Shown: positions 17,523-26,905 of the stretch, one piece after another
Layout of the letters: the number at the start of each line of letters is the position of its first letter
Position numbering within the stretch: the stretch's first letter is position 1
Sequence record: PP942979.1
DNA: 64,000 nucleotides
Strand: one strand, 5' to 3'
Made by a program: the position numbers and the translations under genes
The notes under the pieces: model-generated
Seen by the model: the letters and a program-made list of their open reading frames with translations, nothing else
Told to the model about the DNA's origin: nothing
The model's database searches: none

Positions 17523-17571
17523 TATTTCTATGCTAATTTCATCTTGCATTCACTCGCACTGGAGAGACACT

Positions 17572-18222
17572 ATGGAAATCTACGTTTCACTATCGAAGCA
17601 GGAAGAACCACCGATAGTAACAGAGATCGACCAAAAGGCGCCTCGCATTAACGACAACAGCAAAGTGGGCCAAGTATTCGACGTTCACGTTCTACAGCAA
17701 ATGAGTTACCTCGACATGAAGAACATTCGTGGTGACGCAGGAGCGAAGTACGCCAAAGCTATTGCTGATTGGCTCAACAGTCAAAGGTCGATCGACAATA
17801 AGTTTCGCGTATCAAACAGAAGTAAAATCTCGATTGCTGTAAAGAACACACAACAGATGGCAGCGCGTTATCGCAACATCTACCTGTTAAGTCCTGAAAG
17901 CAATAAAGATCGCTGCTGGTTGCTGGTGGGTGAAGGCCCACATGACAACAAGCAGACTGTGGAGATTGGTCGGAGTCTTCAAATGGATGTGCTGTATGCT
18001 TCCGTTCGTACTATGCTTGCATCACACTTACCGACCGACGAGTGGCCAGGCGATAACACATACGAACATGTTCAATTGGAGTTGGACAAACGGGGCAAAC
18101 ATGGTGGTCGCGTGGCTAAGCGTCATTACACGTTTGCAAAAGAAAATGAAAATACACTGATCACGATGATGCAGGACGGGTTGTCCATTGCAGAAATCAC
18201 CGATTGGGTTCTGAAACAGTAA
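17572..18222 (+). CDS. MEIYVSLS-family protein 3, 216 aa
   Basis: GGAG RBS, ATG 17572. Confidence 0.8.
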   Translation: MEIYVSLSKQEEPPIVTEIDQKAPRINDNSKVGQVFDVHVLQQMSYLDMKNIRGDAGAKYAKAIADWLNSQRSIDNKFRVSNRSKISIAVKNTQQMAARYRNIYLLSPESNKDRCWLLVGEGPHDNKQTVEIGRSLQMDVLYASVRTMLASHLPTDEWPGDNTYEHVQLELDKRGKHGGRVAKRHYTFAKENENTLITMMQDGLSIAEITDWVLKQ

Positions 18223-18231
18223 GAGGAATCT

Positions 18232-19926
18232 ATGTCCCTGATTAAACTCGAAGGCATCGCATCAACGTCTGCTCCGACCAAGGCGCAGAAAGATGCTGCC
18301 GTTTATTTGTTTGGCTCCAAAGGTCATTCAATCGTTGCCGTGCTCGACAAATTCAGTCGCGCCAAAGAACTGCGCACAGCTCACCTTGACGGTCTGCTCA
18401 AGCTGATGAAAGAAGGCGAAGATGACGAGATCATCAAGTTCGCTGCGTCGGCCCCGGGCAAGAAAACAATCGCTAACGCCAAAGCATTTGCTGTGGCGAA
18501 GACTCTGACCGCTGCAATCAAAGCGCTGAAACTAATCCGCGTTCCTGTTAAGTGGGTTGAGGGGCATTCTGATGCGGCTGCTGCTCGTGTTCAGGAGACC
18601 AAAGAGATTCGCGCACGTAAGACTGCGGGCAACAAGCCTGAGAAGCCAATTAAGCTCGATAACCCAGGCGCGCCGGAGTCTGTGGAAGTTGAACAGACCA
18701 AACCGAACGCCAAAGTAAGCAAAATCTGGTTGGCAAAAAACTTCTCTGCTACTAACAGCGCTACGTGGTCTGCCTTGCAGAAAGCATTCAACGACGAATG
18801 CAAAGACCTTGGTTTCTCTGCTAAGTTCATTAAGAGCGAGGGTGGTCTGCGCATTACTGTTCCGGGCGCGGGCTATCAGCAATTGCGTAACATGCACATC
18901 GGTCTGGATGACTCAGGCAAAAGACCTGGCTGGCATTTATATGCAGTCTCACCGACAGACAAACACGGCGCAGATATTGATGGGCGCTCCATCGGTCCGC
19001 GTCTGACCGTTGCTTCCGTGATTGCTGCTATTCGTGACTTCATCGCCAATGGTGATAAGATCAAGCAGTCTCTGAATGCACGTATCGCAGGCGCTCAGGT
19101 GTTTGACAAAGATCTCACACCAAGCAGTGGTATCTTTGACGAGTATGAAGCTAACGAACGCAAAGCACGACGTGATCCAGAAGCGCCGGTGACTCTTGCG
19201 AAGCTGAATAAAAACAGCATCGGTAAGGCAACAAACGGTATGCTTGGCGGCCTCGCTACTGAGATAAACAAAGTAGTGAAAGACACACCTATCTACGCCA
19301 CGAACTTTATGGGCAAAGAGGGTGCGTATGGTCTGAACGGCTATATCATTGATATGCACATCTCTAAACGAGATAAGCCAGGCAACCTCGCAGGCGTTAT
19401 TTTGATCCCGCCGCAGGCCGGAACTGCTATCAAAGGTGATACGTGGCGCGCTCGTGGTATCAAGATTGGCCGCGAAGAACTGGGTGCTGAATACAGCATC
19501 GGTGCCAAGCTGACGGCTGCCGGCGTAAACAAAGCCTACGCTAAGATCATCAAAGAACCTATGTTTGCAAAGGCTGCTGTGAAAGAAGCGTATACTCCGT
19601 CTGGTAAAACTGACGTAACGCTGGTGGACGAACTGGCAGAAGTGACTGCACGTAAGATCGCTGCGAAGCCTCTTCAAGCGCGTGAAGAATATTTCAATGC
19701 GCTGCGCAACACTCTGCACTCCAACCTGCGTAACTCTGTGGTCAACACTACCTCTGACGGTGTGACAGTAGCTCAGGGCAACAAGCTCTATACAATCCGT
19801 CTGGCCGACAATACGTGGACCATTCAGACTGGCGCTACCGGTAAGCCGAAGAAGGTCGGCTCAACGTTCGACATTGTTGATCTGCTTGGCATGATCGACA
19901 AGAGCATTCTGCGTCCTAAAGCGTAA
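18232..19926 (+). CDS. Lys/Ala-rich 564-aa protein with internally repeated domain; possible virion protein
   Basis: GAGG RBS; repeated W...SIG.(R/K)LT.A.V motif. Confidence 0.8.
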   Translation: MSLIKLEGIASTSAPTKAQKDAAVYLFGSKGHSIVAVLDKFSRAKELRTAHLDGLLKLMKEGEDDEIIKFAASAPGKKTIANAKAFAVAKTLTAAIKALKLIRVPVKWVEGHSDAAAARVQETKEIRARKTAGNKPEKPIKLDNPGAPESVEVEQTKPNAKVSKIWLAKNFSATNSATWSALQKAFNDECKDLGFSAKFIKSEGGLRITVPGAGYQQLRNMHIGLDDSGKRPGWHLYAVSPTDKHGADIDGRSIGPRLTVASVIAAIRDFIANGDKIKQSLNARIAGAQVFDKDLTPSSGIFDEYEANERKARRDPEAPVTLAKLNKNSIGKATNGMLGGLATEINKVVKDTPIYATNFMGKEGAYGLNGYIIDMHISKRDKPGNLAGVILIPPQAGTAIKGDTWRARGIKIGREELGAEYSIGAKLTAAGVNKAYAKIIKEPMFAKAAVKEAYTPSGKTDVTLVDELAEVTARKIAAKPLQAREEYFNALRNTLHSNLRNSVVNTTSDGVTVAQGNKLYTIRLADNTWTIQTGATGKPKKVGSTFDIVDLLGMIDKSILRPKA

Positions 19927-19932
19927 TCAAAA

Positions 19933-19955
19933 GGGTGGCTTCGGCTGCCCTTTTT
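19933..19955 (+). terminator. Intrinsic terminator
   Basis: GGGTGGC-TTCG-GCTGCCC then TTTTT. Confidence 0.85.
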
Positions 19956-20165
19956 CATTTATTTCTGTGCCATTCGTAAATAACCTATCTGCTTCCCTAG
20001 CCAGTTCTCCTCGACACACAATCTCCTATCCTGTCCTGTATTTCAAAACATCTCTATCTCCACTGGTACTACTCAAAAATGCACCAGCGCCTACAGTCAT
20101 CCTGTTCTCTAATTCAACCTTACAGACTCGGTCGTCTGTGTTGTATTTCTCAAGAGGAAAATGTG

Positions 20166-22010
20166 ATGATTGAAGTAAACTGCTTTGCTGATCTGCGTAC
20201 AACCAAACCTGAGAAAGCTGGCGCTCTGGCTTTACTAGCTCGCTACTACGACAAAGACAGTAAGTTCCGTGGTGGTGGTTGGTTCATCGGTTACCCTCAG
20301 AAAGACGTTCCGGCAGACGATGGTGGTATCATCGCTGTAGGTAAAGACGACAAAGGCAACCCGTTTTTCTGGCAGCGCGTTGTCAATGACCCTGAAGAGA
20401 TCAACATTCTTCACTTCGGTGGTAAGTGTGACGGCAAGACAGATGACAGTGATGCGTATCGCCGCAACTTCATGTGGGTGTTCAATATGAAAGACGGTAG
20501 TGACACGCTGGGTGTTAAGCTGCCGTCAGGTACAACTGTTCTCAATCCGATGGACTTCACTGACTTGGGTGAGATTCCGGTATTCGCCATGTACGGCGAT
20601 ACTCGCTGTCTTAAAGGCTGGCGCCCTCGTGTCAAGGTCATTAGTAATCAGGGCGACAAGCAGGTAATCAAAGTCAAGGCGCGCCGCACCGTAATTCAAG
20701 GCATCAACTGGAACGGTCAGTGCTATCCAAAAGTTGACGGCAAGAAGGTTGACGTGGCGACCATTGCTGGTGCAGTAATGCCTGAGCAACGTAGCAACAA
20801 CCAAATCTTCTTTGAGAACATCTGTGCGATGGGTCAGTACGTAGGTGTTCACTGTTTCCGCGCAGAGAACACTGGCGGCTCTGCACTCAAATTTCAGGAC
20901 ACTATCGACACGTCAATCACTGAGATCTATGGCTCGAAAATCTTCGGTGCTGTGCTTGAAGCCAAGTGGTCTAACACGAAAGAAGCAGGCTGGAACCACT
21001 CTACTGCTGTACGCCTTGAGAACGGTAACTTCCAGTACGGCTACGGTCCTGCTGTACTCGATATGCCACGCATGACTCAAGCGTTCATGAAGAACATCTG
21101 GATTGAGCATACGCGCTTCCCCGGTAATCTGAATGACGGTCAGTGGGTATTCGAAGGCAACTCTATCGAAAGCTCTGACAACCCTCTGAATCTCGCCAAC
21201 ACTCGTTGCGTTATTAACGGCTTCTACTTCCAGGGCAAAGGCACCATGACTCTGGAACGCGCTAAGAGTCCTGATAACTGGCTGTCAGGCTACGAGCGCG
21301 GTAACATCCGAACTGAGACCTACGGCATCATCATGACCGATGCGTGTTTCCGTCCGGGTTACTACACTGGCTATAAAGTAACGAACACAACTGATCAGGA
21401 CAAGTGGTTCTATATCGGTGACTTCTCGTTCCCTAAAGTCGGCCAGATTTGGCAGATCGAGTTCCTGTCTAATCACAACGCTCAGGTACCTAACGTCAAG
21501 CTGCAACAACCAGCAGACATGGAAGGTATGGGCCGTCGTGTTATTACTATGCAACGCTGCACGGTGCCTAATGCGAAGGTCTATGCCGATATGCACTGCA
21601 TGGGCAAAGATGCAATTGTCGATGTTGTGTACCAGCGCCTGTGGGATACTCATGGTAAGGTGTTTATCAAAGTCGCAGCCAAAGCAGGCGATGTGATTTT
21701 CAACCTGACCACTACCGGTCCGACTCGTTTCGAAGAAGGCATCTGTACCCTTTACTCTGATGGTCCTGTTGAGTGCGTTGGTGAGCTACTGACAGAAATG
21801 ACCACCAGCGTTGAAAAGAACCTGAAAGACTATGCTCGCCCTCAATCTCGTTTCAGTCTGCATAACGGACTGGCGGGCATTGGCGCAAACGAGCAAGGCG
21901 TCATCACAATGCAGACCAAAGAAGGCTCTGCTCCTAAAGACCCTACCAAGCCTGCAGGCTATACGACAATCAACATCAACGGTGTTGATCGACTCGTTCC
22001 CTACTATTGA
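20166..22010 (+). CDS. AmsF/WceF-like tailspike-fold (beta-helix) exopolysaccharide-modifying protein
   Basis: GGGWF...ADDGGIIA...WQR...INILHFGGKCDGKTDD pectate-lyase-3-like start; NHSTA...MPRMTQ...WIEH...GQW segments recalled from the AmsF family. Confidence 0.65.
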   Translation: MIEVNCFADLRTTKPEKAGALALLARYYDKDSKFRGGGWFIGYPQKDVPADDGGIIAVGKDDKGNPFFWQRVVNDPEEINILHFGGKCDGKTDDSDAYRRNFMWVFNMKDGSDTLGVKLPSGTTVLNPMDFTDLGEIPVFAMYGDTRCLKGWRPRVKVISNQGDKQVIKVKARRTVIQGINWNGQCYPKVDGKKVDVATIAGAVMPEQRSNNQIFFENICAMGQYVGVHCFRAENTGGSALKFQDTIDTSITEIYGSKIFGAVLEAKWSNTKEAGWNHSTAVRLENGNFQYGYGPAVLDMPRMTQAFMKNIWIEHTRFPGNLNDGQWVFEGNSIESSDNPLNLANTRCVINGFYFQGKGTMTLERAKSPDNWLSGYERGNIRTETYGIIMTDACFRPGYYTGYKVTNTTDQDKWFYIGDFSFPKVGQIWQIEFLSNHNAQVPNVKLQQPADMEGMGRRVITMQRCTVPNAKVYADMHCMGKDAIVDVVYQRLWDTHGKVFIKVAAKAGDVIFNLTTTGPTRFEEGICTLYSDGPVECVGELLTEMTTSVEKNLKDYARPQSRFSLHNGLAGIGANEQGVITMQTKEGSAPKDPTKPAGYTTININGVDRLVPYY

Positions 22011-22016
22011 TCACAC

Positions 22017-22039
22017 GAGGGGCGCAATGCCCCTCTTTT
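22017..22039 (+). terminator. Intrinsic terminator
   Basis: GAGGGGC-GCAAT-GCCCCTC then TTTT. Confidence 0.85.
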
Positions 22040-22087
22040 CATTCTGTGACTTAACTCAAACGCAATGCTCCAGAGATGCAACTATGC

Positions 22088-22138
22088 AAATAATAGGCTG
22101 AAATAGGTCTATATACGCACATGCGCCTGTGATACACT
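22088..22138 (+). promoter_or_regulatory. Box + extended -10 promoter
   Basis: AAATAATAGGCTGAAATA ... TGA-TACACT, same spacing as the other copies. Confidence 0.65.
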
Positions 22139-22191
22139 ATATGCAGACGCTACACGTCGTAGCGCACACAACTCATGCTAAGGGGCATACA

Positions 22192-22890
22192 ATGAAAGCA
22201 GCAAACTTTGATAAAGCATTCAACGCGAAAGACGAAGCAACCTTAAACGCATACGCTGATCGTATTCAGCAAGCACTTAACGCTCTGGGCCGTTATGACC
22301 TGAAGATCAAAATCATCTTCGGTACCGACCCGTTCAGCGAGTTCCCTGATTTTGTGAATGACCCGAACGGTTTTCGTGTCGTCCAGAACAACGAAGAAGT
22401 TTTCGATATATACACGCCGACCGAGAGACATATTGAAGGCGACGCGTCACAAACTTTCGTCTACGCGGCAATCGGCGGCGTAGAAGCCTCCAAGTGGGGA
22501 AAAGAAGTTTCCGATAAAGACGTTGAAGAAATCGCCGCTGACCTGAACGAAGAAATCGAACGTGCGGGCCGTATGTTTTATGAAGAAGATCGCGCAATGC
22601 TGCAAGAAATTGCAGACAAGCTCAACTCTCAGATGCAGCGCGCCGACGCTCGCGTGATCGTTACAAACGGTGCCGAAGACAATCTCATTCTTATGGTTGT
22701 CGGTTATGCTGATGGTGAAGTCAGTGACGAGTACGGTTTCTTCTTAGACCTGCCGTACACTGATGAAGACGCCGCTGATACAAACTACGTCCTGCACTAT
22801 GCAGGTTACCCAGATATGAACGATCACACGTTCACTTCTGAATCGCTCGATGAAATCTCAAAAGAGATCGAAACACTCGACCTGCTGTAA
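22192..22890 (+). CDS. Acidic hypothetical protein with internal duplication
   Basis: AAGGGG RBS before MKAANFDK. Confidence 0.8.
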   Translation: MKAANFDKAFNAKDEATLNAYADRIQQALNALGRYDLKIKIIFGTDPFSEFPDFVNDPNGFRVVQNNEEVFDIYTPTERHIEGDASQTFVYAAIGGVEASKWGKEVSDKDVEEIAADLNEEIERAGRMFYEEDRAMLQEIADKLNSQMQRADARVIVTNGAEDNLILMVVGYADGEVSDEYGFFLDLPYTDEDAADTNYVLHYAGYPDMNDHTFTSESLDEISKEIETLDLL

Positions 22891-22951
22891 TCGCTAACAC
22901 TGACTGCGGGGTTACGGCCCCGCTTACTTACTTCTATATAGAGACACGACC

Positions 22952-23572
22952 ATGACTATGCACATCACTACTTTCTTTGTTAAACGCTCTTACGCTTCTC
23001 TGGCTGCTGGTTCATTCACTATTGCTTCGAAGCAAGTGCAAGAGCTGGTGGAATCTGAGGTCTTTATCGTGTACGCAAACACGGGGTTGGGCAACGCATT
23101 CGCTGTACGCAACATCACCCTGACGCCTGTTGATGAAGCAAACGTGCGTGTTGAGTTCGACCCGCTGACCGACGTTCACGCAATGCCGTCTAGTGTTCTG
23201 CCCAAAGAGAGTCTGACTGAAAGCACACAGCAATATCTCATGGCGCCGGATGACGTGGCCGCTGCCCCTCGCTTCTGCGTATCTAACCACGCATCAGGCA
23301 ACGAGCCTAACATGTTGTGTCTGAACCATGATGTACGTGAGCGCCTGATTCAATATAAGGGCGGCATGATCAGTCTCACTGAGCTGGTGCTGGTGCTTCA
23401 CGACCAAGATATTTCAGTGACCGACATTCATCAACACCGTCGCAACAAAGAGAAGTACGTGGCGCAGATCACAGAGCGCACCTCACACGTTATCGAACTG
23501 TCGAAAGACAACGGCGTTAAGCAGCACGATAGCGACTTCCCATTGCTTGCTCGCCTGAACGTGTATCTCTAA
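22952..23572 (+). CDS. Hypothetical protein
   Basis: 206-aa ORF. Confidence 0.75.
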   Translation: MTMHITTFFVKRSYASLAAGSFTIASKQVQELVESEVFIVYANTGLGNAFAVRNITLTPVDEANVRVEFDPLTDVHAMPSSVLPKESLTESTQQYLMAPDDVAAAPRFCVSNHASGNEPNMLCLNHDVRERLIQYKGGMISLTELVLVLHDQDISVTDIHQHRRNKEKYVAQITERTSHVIELSKDNGVKQHDSDFPLLARLNVYL

Positions 23573-23577
23573 TCAAC

Positions 23578-23628
23578 ATAGCTTTGGACAAAAGCGCCGT
23601 TGTGCTCTAACGCTCAATGGCGTACTAT
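23578..23628 (+). promoter_or_regulatory. Box + -10 promoter
   Basis: TGGACAAAAG at 23585; TTGTGC 17 nt before TACTAT at 23623. Confidence 0.65.
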
Positions 23629-23675
23629 GTAATCTCTAGCGCAATGACGCGCTCAACAATGAAAGAGGCAATATC

Positions 23676-23921
23676 ATGTCAGAGAAACAAATCACACTCG
23701 ATCTTATCGCAGACGTAGCATCGCCAACTGAAATCATCTTTGAAGATGGCGAGTCTTCTAACGACTGGCTCAAGCCGTATGACCTGCGCCTGGCTGTTAC
23801 GCAGACTGTCGGCCCGAACGGCTATCCCGAAGTTGCAATCATCGGCCAAGAAGATGATCTGCGTCGCTTCTTGGCTGAGAAGCTGCCTGACACTGACGGC
23901 GAACTCGAAGACGTGCGTTAA
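23676..23921 (+). CDS. Small acidic hypothetical protein
   Basis: GAGG RBS, 81 aa. Confidence 0.75.
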   Translation: MSEKQITLDLIADVASPTEIIFEDGESSNDWLKPYDLRLAVTQTVGPNGYPEVAIIGQEDDLRRFLAEKLPDTDGELEDVR

Positions 23922-23925
23922 TCTT

Positions 23926-23947
23926 ATGGGGCCTCGTGCCCCATTTC
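23926..23947 (+). terminator. Hairpin, probable terminator
   Basis: ATGGGGC-CTCGT-GCCCCAT then TTCT. Confidence 0.55.
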
Positions 23948-23970
23948 TACTTTCTGCCTGAGATACGACT

Positions 23971-24459
23971 ATGAAAAACCAATATCTGATTCTTCGCATG
24001 AGCCCTGCTGATTTATACGACAATCAATTTCTGATGCGCGGCTTCAATCGCAAACGTATCGAAAACGTCATTGGCGTTATCGTTGTCGTGGACCACTCCG
24101 ACAGCATGTATCACCTGTCGCGTGTTCAAGTTGACCTGTTGCAGTCTGACACACAGCAGAACTGGGCAAGACTGAGTTGGTCTAGCATAGATCGTGAGAG
24201 CATTGACTTAGGCATGCGCAGCCTGCCGCCTGAGCTGGCTATTGCCATTCGCGCTATGCGAAACAATCGCATGTATCATACCGTCGATACAAAAATCCCT
24301 GTGGCGTTTCGTGATCGTCACACTAACTTCGCCTACACGACGAGCGCCGTACGCAAGATTGCTAACAGAGAAACGAAGTCACTCGACGACTTCACTGTAG
24401 AAGAAATCGTAGCGCACCTGAAACAGCGTCTTGGCGTTGAGATTGAAATCAAACTGTAA
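23971..24459 (+). CDS. Hypothetical protein
   Basis: 162-aa ORF. Confidence 0.75.
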   Translation: MKNQYLILRMSPADLYDNQFLMRGFNRKRIENVIGVIVVVDHSDSMYHLSRVQVDLLQSDTQQNWARLSWSSIDRESIDLGMRSLPPELAIAIRAMRNNRMYHTVDTKIPVAFRDRHTNFAYTTSAVRKIANRETKSLDDFTVEEIVAHLKQRLGVEIEIKL

Positions 24460-24506
24460 ACACTTAAGGCTCACACTGTGTGGGCCGTTTCTATTTGGAG
24501 AATGCT

Positions 24507-24767
24507 ATGATTTATGAACGCGAAGAACTTGAGGCGATGCCTCTCGATGTGCTGTATAACCTCGCTGGCGCTAAAGGTCTGTTAGACGATCTGACAGACG
24601 ATGATGACGCGCCTGATCGTGAAGCGCTGACTGAAATGATTCTCGAATCGCAGTCACTCGAACAGCAGGCAGACGAAGACGCTGCCGACAAGCAATGCGC
24701 CGAAGATGATCGCGACCCGCGCATCAATCGTCGTGATGGCCAAGACGGCTCGGATGATTACTGCTAA
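24507..24767 (+). CDS. Small acidic protein with HeH/Rho_N-like module
   Basis: GGAG RBS; ELEAMPLDVLYNLAGAKGL...REALTEMIL. Confidence 0.7.
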   Translation: MIYEREELEAMPLDVLYNLAGAKGLLDDLTDDDDAPDREALTEMILESQSLEQQADEDAADKQCAEDDRDPRINRRDGQDGSDDYC

Positions 24768-24985
24768 TGTCACCTACTGAACTGAACGAATACCTACATC
24801 TGGTGCTGACGCCTGTTGCTATGGCGTGGCGTGAACAGTTTCCCAAAAAGAAACAAGTGATCGCTTCGGTGAAAACGCCGTACTCTTGTCGTATCAAGTT
24901 CGTCGAAGACCAAGAAGTTGAGAAGCAGTGGCAGGCATTCTGCCGCACTCACGGTCTCAAGAACGAAGAAACACTCGAAATCTAA
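24767..24985 (+). CDS. Hypothetical protein
   Basis: TAATG coupling, 72 aa. Confidence 0.7.
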   Translation: MSPTELNEYLHLVLTPVAMAWREQFPKKKQVIASVKTPYSCRIKFVEDQEVEKQWQAFCRTHGLKNEETLEI

Positions 24986-24988
24986 ATC

Positions 24989-25018
24989 AAAGGGCTGCCA
25001 TTGCTGGTGGCCCTTTTT
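24989..25018 (+). terminator. Intrinsic terminator
   Basis: AAAGGGCTGCCA-TTGC-TGGTGGCCCTTT then TT. Confidence 0.85.
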
Positions 25019-25023
25019 CATTT

Positions 25024-25032
25024 CTGTAAATA
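25024..25032 (+). promoter_or_regulatory. CTGTAAATA motif
   Basis: Intergenic, just after a terminator, about 32 nt before ATG 25064. Confidence 0.55.
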
Positions 25033-25063
25033 ACTCGTACAACAATCAACGCGAGTCACTACA

Positions 25064-25429
25064 ATGCGCCGCTTCATTCTCGTTCTCAATGTCACTCAGG
25101 CAGAGCTAGACGCCAGCCACTTCATGCAAATCAAACTCAACATCATAAGCACCCTGCGCCGAGCCGCCTGTGTTCTGCTTGTTGTGCGTGAGACGAAACA
25201 GGTCATGTGTGTTTCTGAACTGACCTTTCAAACTGCGTCAGGCAATCTCAAGCGTGTTGACTTCGACGCACCTCGCGATGTTACTGCGCACGTTATCAAA
25301 TACAACGAACTGATGATGGCTATGGCAAACAACGCCAGAGACCTCAGCGTTCGTCACTTTGGCCGGCAGGTCGAGCTAGATACAGCCGACACCAAACGCC
25401 TGTTCACTCAACTGGAGATTATTGCATGA
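25064..25429 (+). CDS. Hypothetical protein
   Basis: 121-aa ORF. Confidence 0.7.
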   Translation: MRRFILVLNVTQAELDASHFMQIKLNIISTLRRAACVLLVVRETKQVMCVSELTFQTASGNLKRVDFDAPRDVTAHVIKYNELMMAMANNARDLSVRHFGRQVELDTADTKRLFTQLEIIA

Positions 25430-25671
25430 GTCAGTCATTAGGCGCCTCGCTTGGCGCTCGCTTTGCTGTTAGCTCACAAGAGAATATCGAACGCCGTAAG
25501 AAGCGTGACCCGAAAAACAAAACGCTGACCTGCGCTGGCACAACGGCTCAATACAACGCAATCGGAGTGCTGGCTAACAAACTCGATGTAAGCCGTTCGC
25601 GTGTTATCGAAATGGCCATCGAAGAACTGCTGGCTAAACACAATATCAAAGTCGGCGGTGATAATGACTGA
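25426..25671 (+). CDS. Ribbon-helix-helix (CopG-like) DNA-binding protein
   Basis: TLTC....QYNAIGVLANKLDVSRSRVIEMAIEELL fits the RHH pattern. Confidence 0.65.
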   Translation: MSQSLGASLGARFAVSSQENIERRKKRDPKNKTLTCAGTTAQYNAIGVLANKLDVSRSRVIEMAIEELLAKHNIKVGGDND

Positions 25672-26026
25672 CACGCATATCTACTGCCGTCTGTATGGTG
25701 TGCAGCATCGTCTAAAGATTACCGCCTTCAACTTTATGAAGCAGCCAAACATGATCACTGTCGATTCGTCTGATGTTCTCAAGATGATGCCGCTGATTAA
25801 TGTGGGTGCAGCCTATGATACATATACGCCGTACAATGTACTCAAGGCAGGGCAGGCTGACTTCAAGATTCGCCTGATCGAAAGAACTGATGCGCATGTC
25901 TGGCGCTACGTGTTCGAAGACTATCGCGGTCAGATGTTTGAAACGTTCTTGATTCGGAGACACTATGAAACGCCTAGGGATTGTAACGGTGTTGTCATTA
26001 AAGGACAAACAACCCAAATCATGTGA
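25664..26026 (+). CDS. Hypothetical protein
   Basis: MTDTHIYC start overlapping upstream stop. Confidence 0.7.
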   Translation: MTDTHIYCRLYGVQHRLKITAFNFMKQPNMITVDSSDVLKMMPLINVGAAYDTYTPYNVLKAGQADFKIRLIERTDAHVWRYVFEDYRGQMFETFLIRRHYETPRDCNGVVIKGQTTQIM

Positions 26027-26600
26027 TCTCGATATTGTGCCTGTGTCGAAAGACGAAGAATGGGGCTCACTGAGTCCCTTTCATTTAGGGCCGTGTCGAA
26101 CGCCTGACGGTACGATGTTTCTCAACATGGAGAATCTCTGGCAGTACAGCAAAGTGTACGACGACCATGTTATCAATTCGAATGACCTGTTCCTTGGTGA
26201 GATCTCAAGTGACTGGTGGCAGTGGCATTTGAAGGGAAGTAAATCACAACAGGCGCATCGCTATCCTATGGGAAAAGGCCAGAAGGCTTTATTCTCCAAA
26301 TGGGGCGACTTGCGCCTTTCGTACATTTCGGCACGTAAACAAATCTATGTGCCTGAGTATGCGAAGCTGGTTGTGCAGCAGCCGAAGTTCAGGCGCTTGT
26401 TGAAAGAGTATAGGAAAGGTGCGCACATAGTTTTACGAGACTATGACACCTACGATATTCTTCGTGCCTACCCCGATGCGCGTAGCCCGTGGGTATCGGC
26501 AATCGAAAACAACAATGCAAAGTTCGGCCATGCGTTTGTTATCGCACTGTGCCTGTTATTCCACGAAAGACCACTTTGGTATAATCAATGGATAATATAA
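25965..26600 (+). CDS. DUF6939-like protein (possible NADAR-related fold)
   Basis: LSPF..GP...MENLWQYSKVY...YISARKQIY...Y...GHA pattern recalled from giant virus and jumbo phage proteins. Confidence 0.5.
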   Translation: MKRLGIVTVLSLKDKQPKSCDLDIVPVSKDEEWGSLSPFHLGPCRTPDGTMFLNMENLWQYSKVYDDHVINSNDLFLGEISSDWWQWHLKGSKSQQAHRYPMGKGQKALFSKWGDLRLSYISARKQIYVPEYAKLVVQQPKFRRLLKEYRKGAHIVLRDYDTYDILRAYPDARSPWVSAIENNNAKFGHAFVIALCLLFHERPLWYNQWII

Positions 26601-26905
26601 AATACGAAGCCTGCATCGATCTATTCACACGCGCCGGAAACATGAACCTCCCGATTCTGCCTAAGTGTGAACTACAGGCCTCTCTATTCGATCAGTATAC
26701 GAAAAAGCGAATACCAGTTCGCTTCAACGCCACAAACGTAATCAAGATCAATGGCGCTACCTGCGGTAGTCTGCAAATCTTCGACTGTGTTAATCTGATC
26801 ATCTGGTCATCGTTTGATGTTAATCGCTTTACGCTGTATGTCGAGCGAGTACACAAGGCAGACGTGTCAGAGAGCGCCCAGCAGTCTGTCGAACTCTGCA
26901 AATAA
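26588..26905 (+). CDS. Hypothetical protein
   Basis: 105-aa ORF; stop is embedded in the promoter box. Confidence 0.7.
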   Translation: MDNIKYEACIDLFTRAGNMNLPILPKCELQASLFDQYTKKRIPVRFNATNVIKINGATCGSLQIFDCVNLIIWSSFDVNRFTLYVERVHKADVSESAQQSVELCK

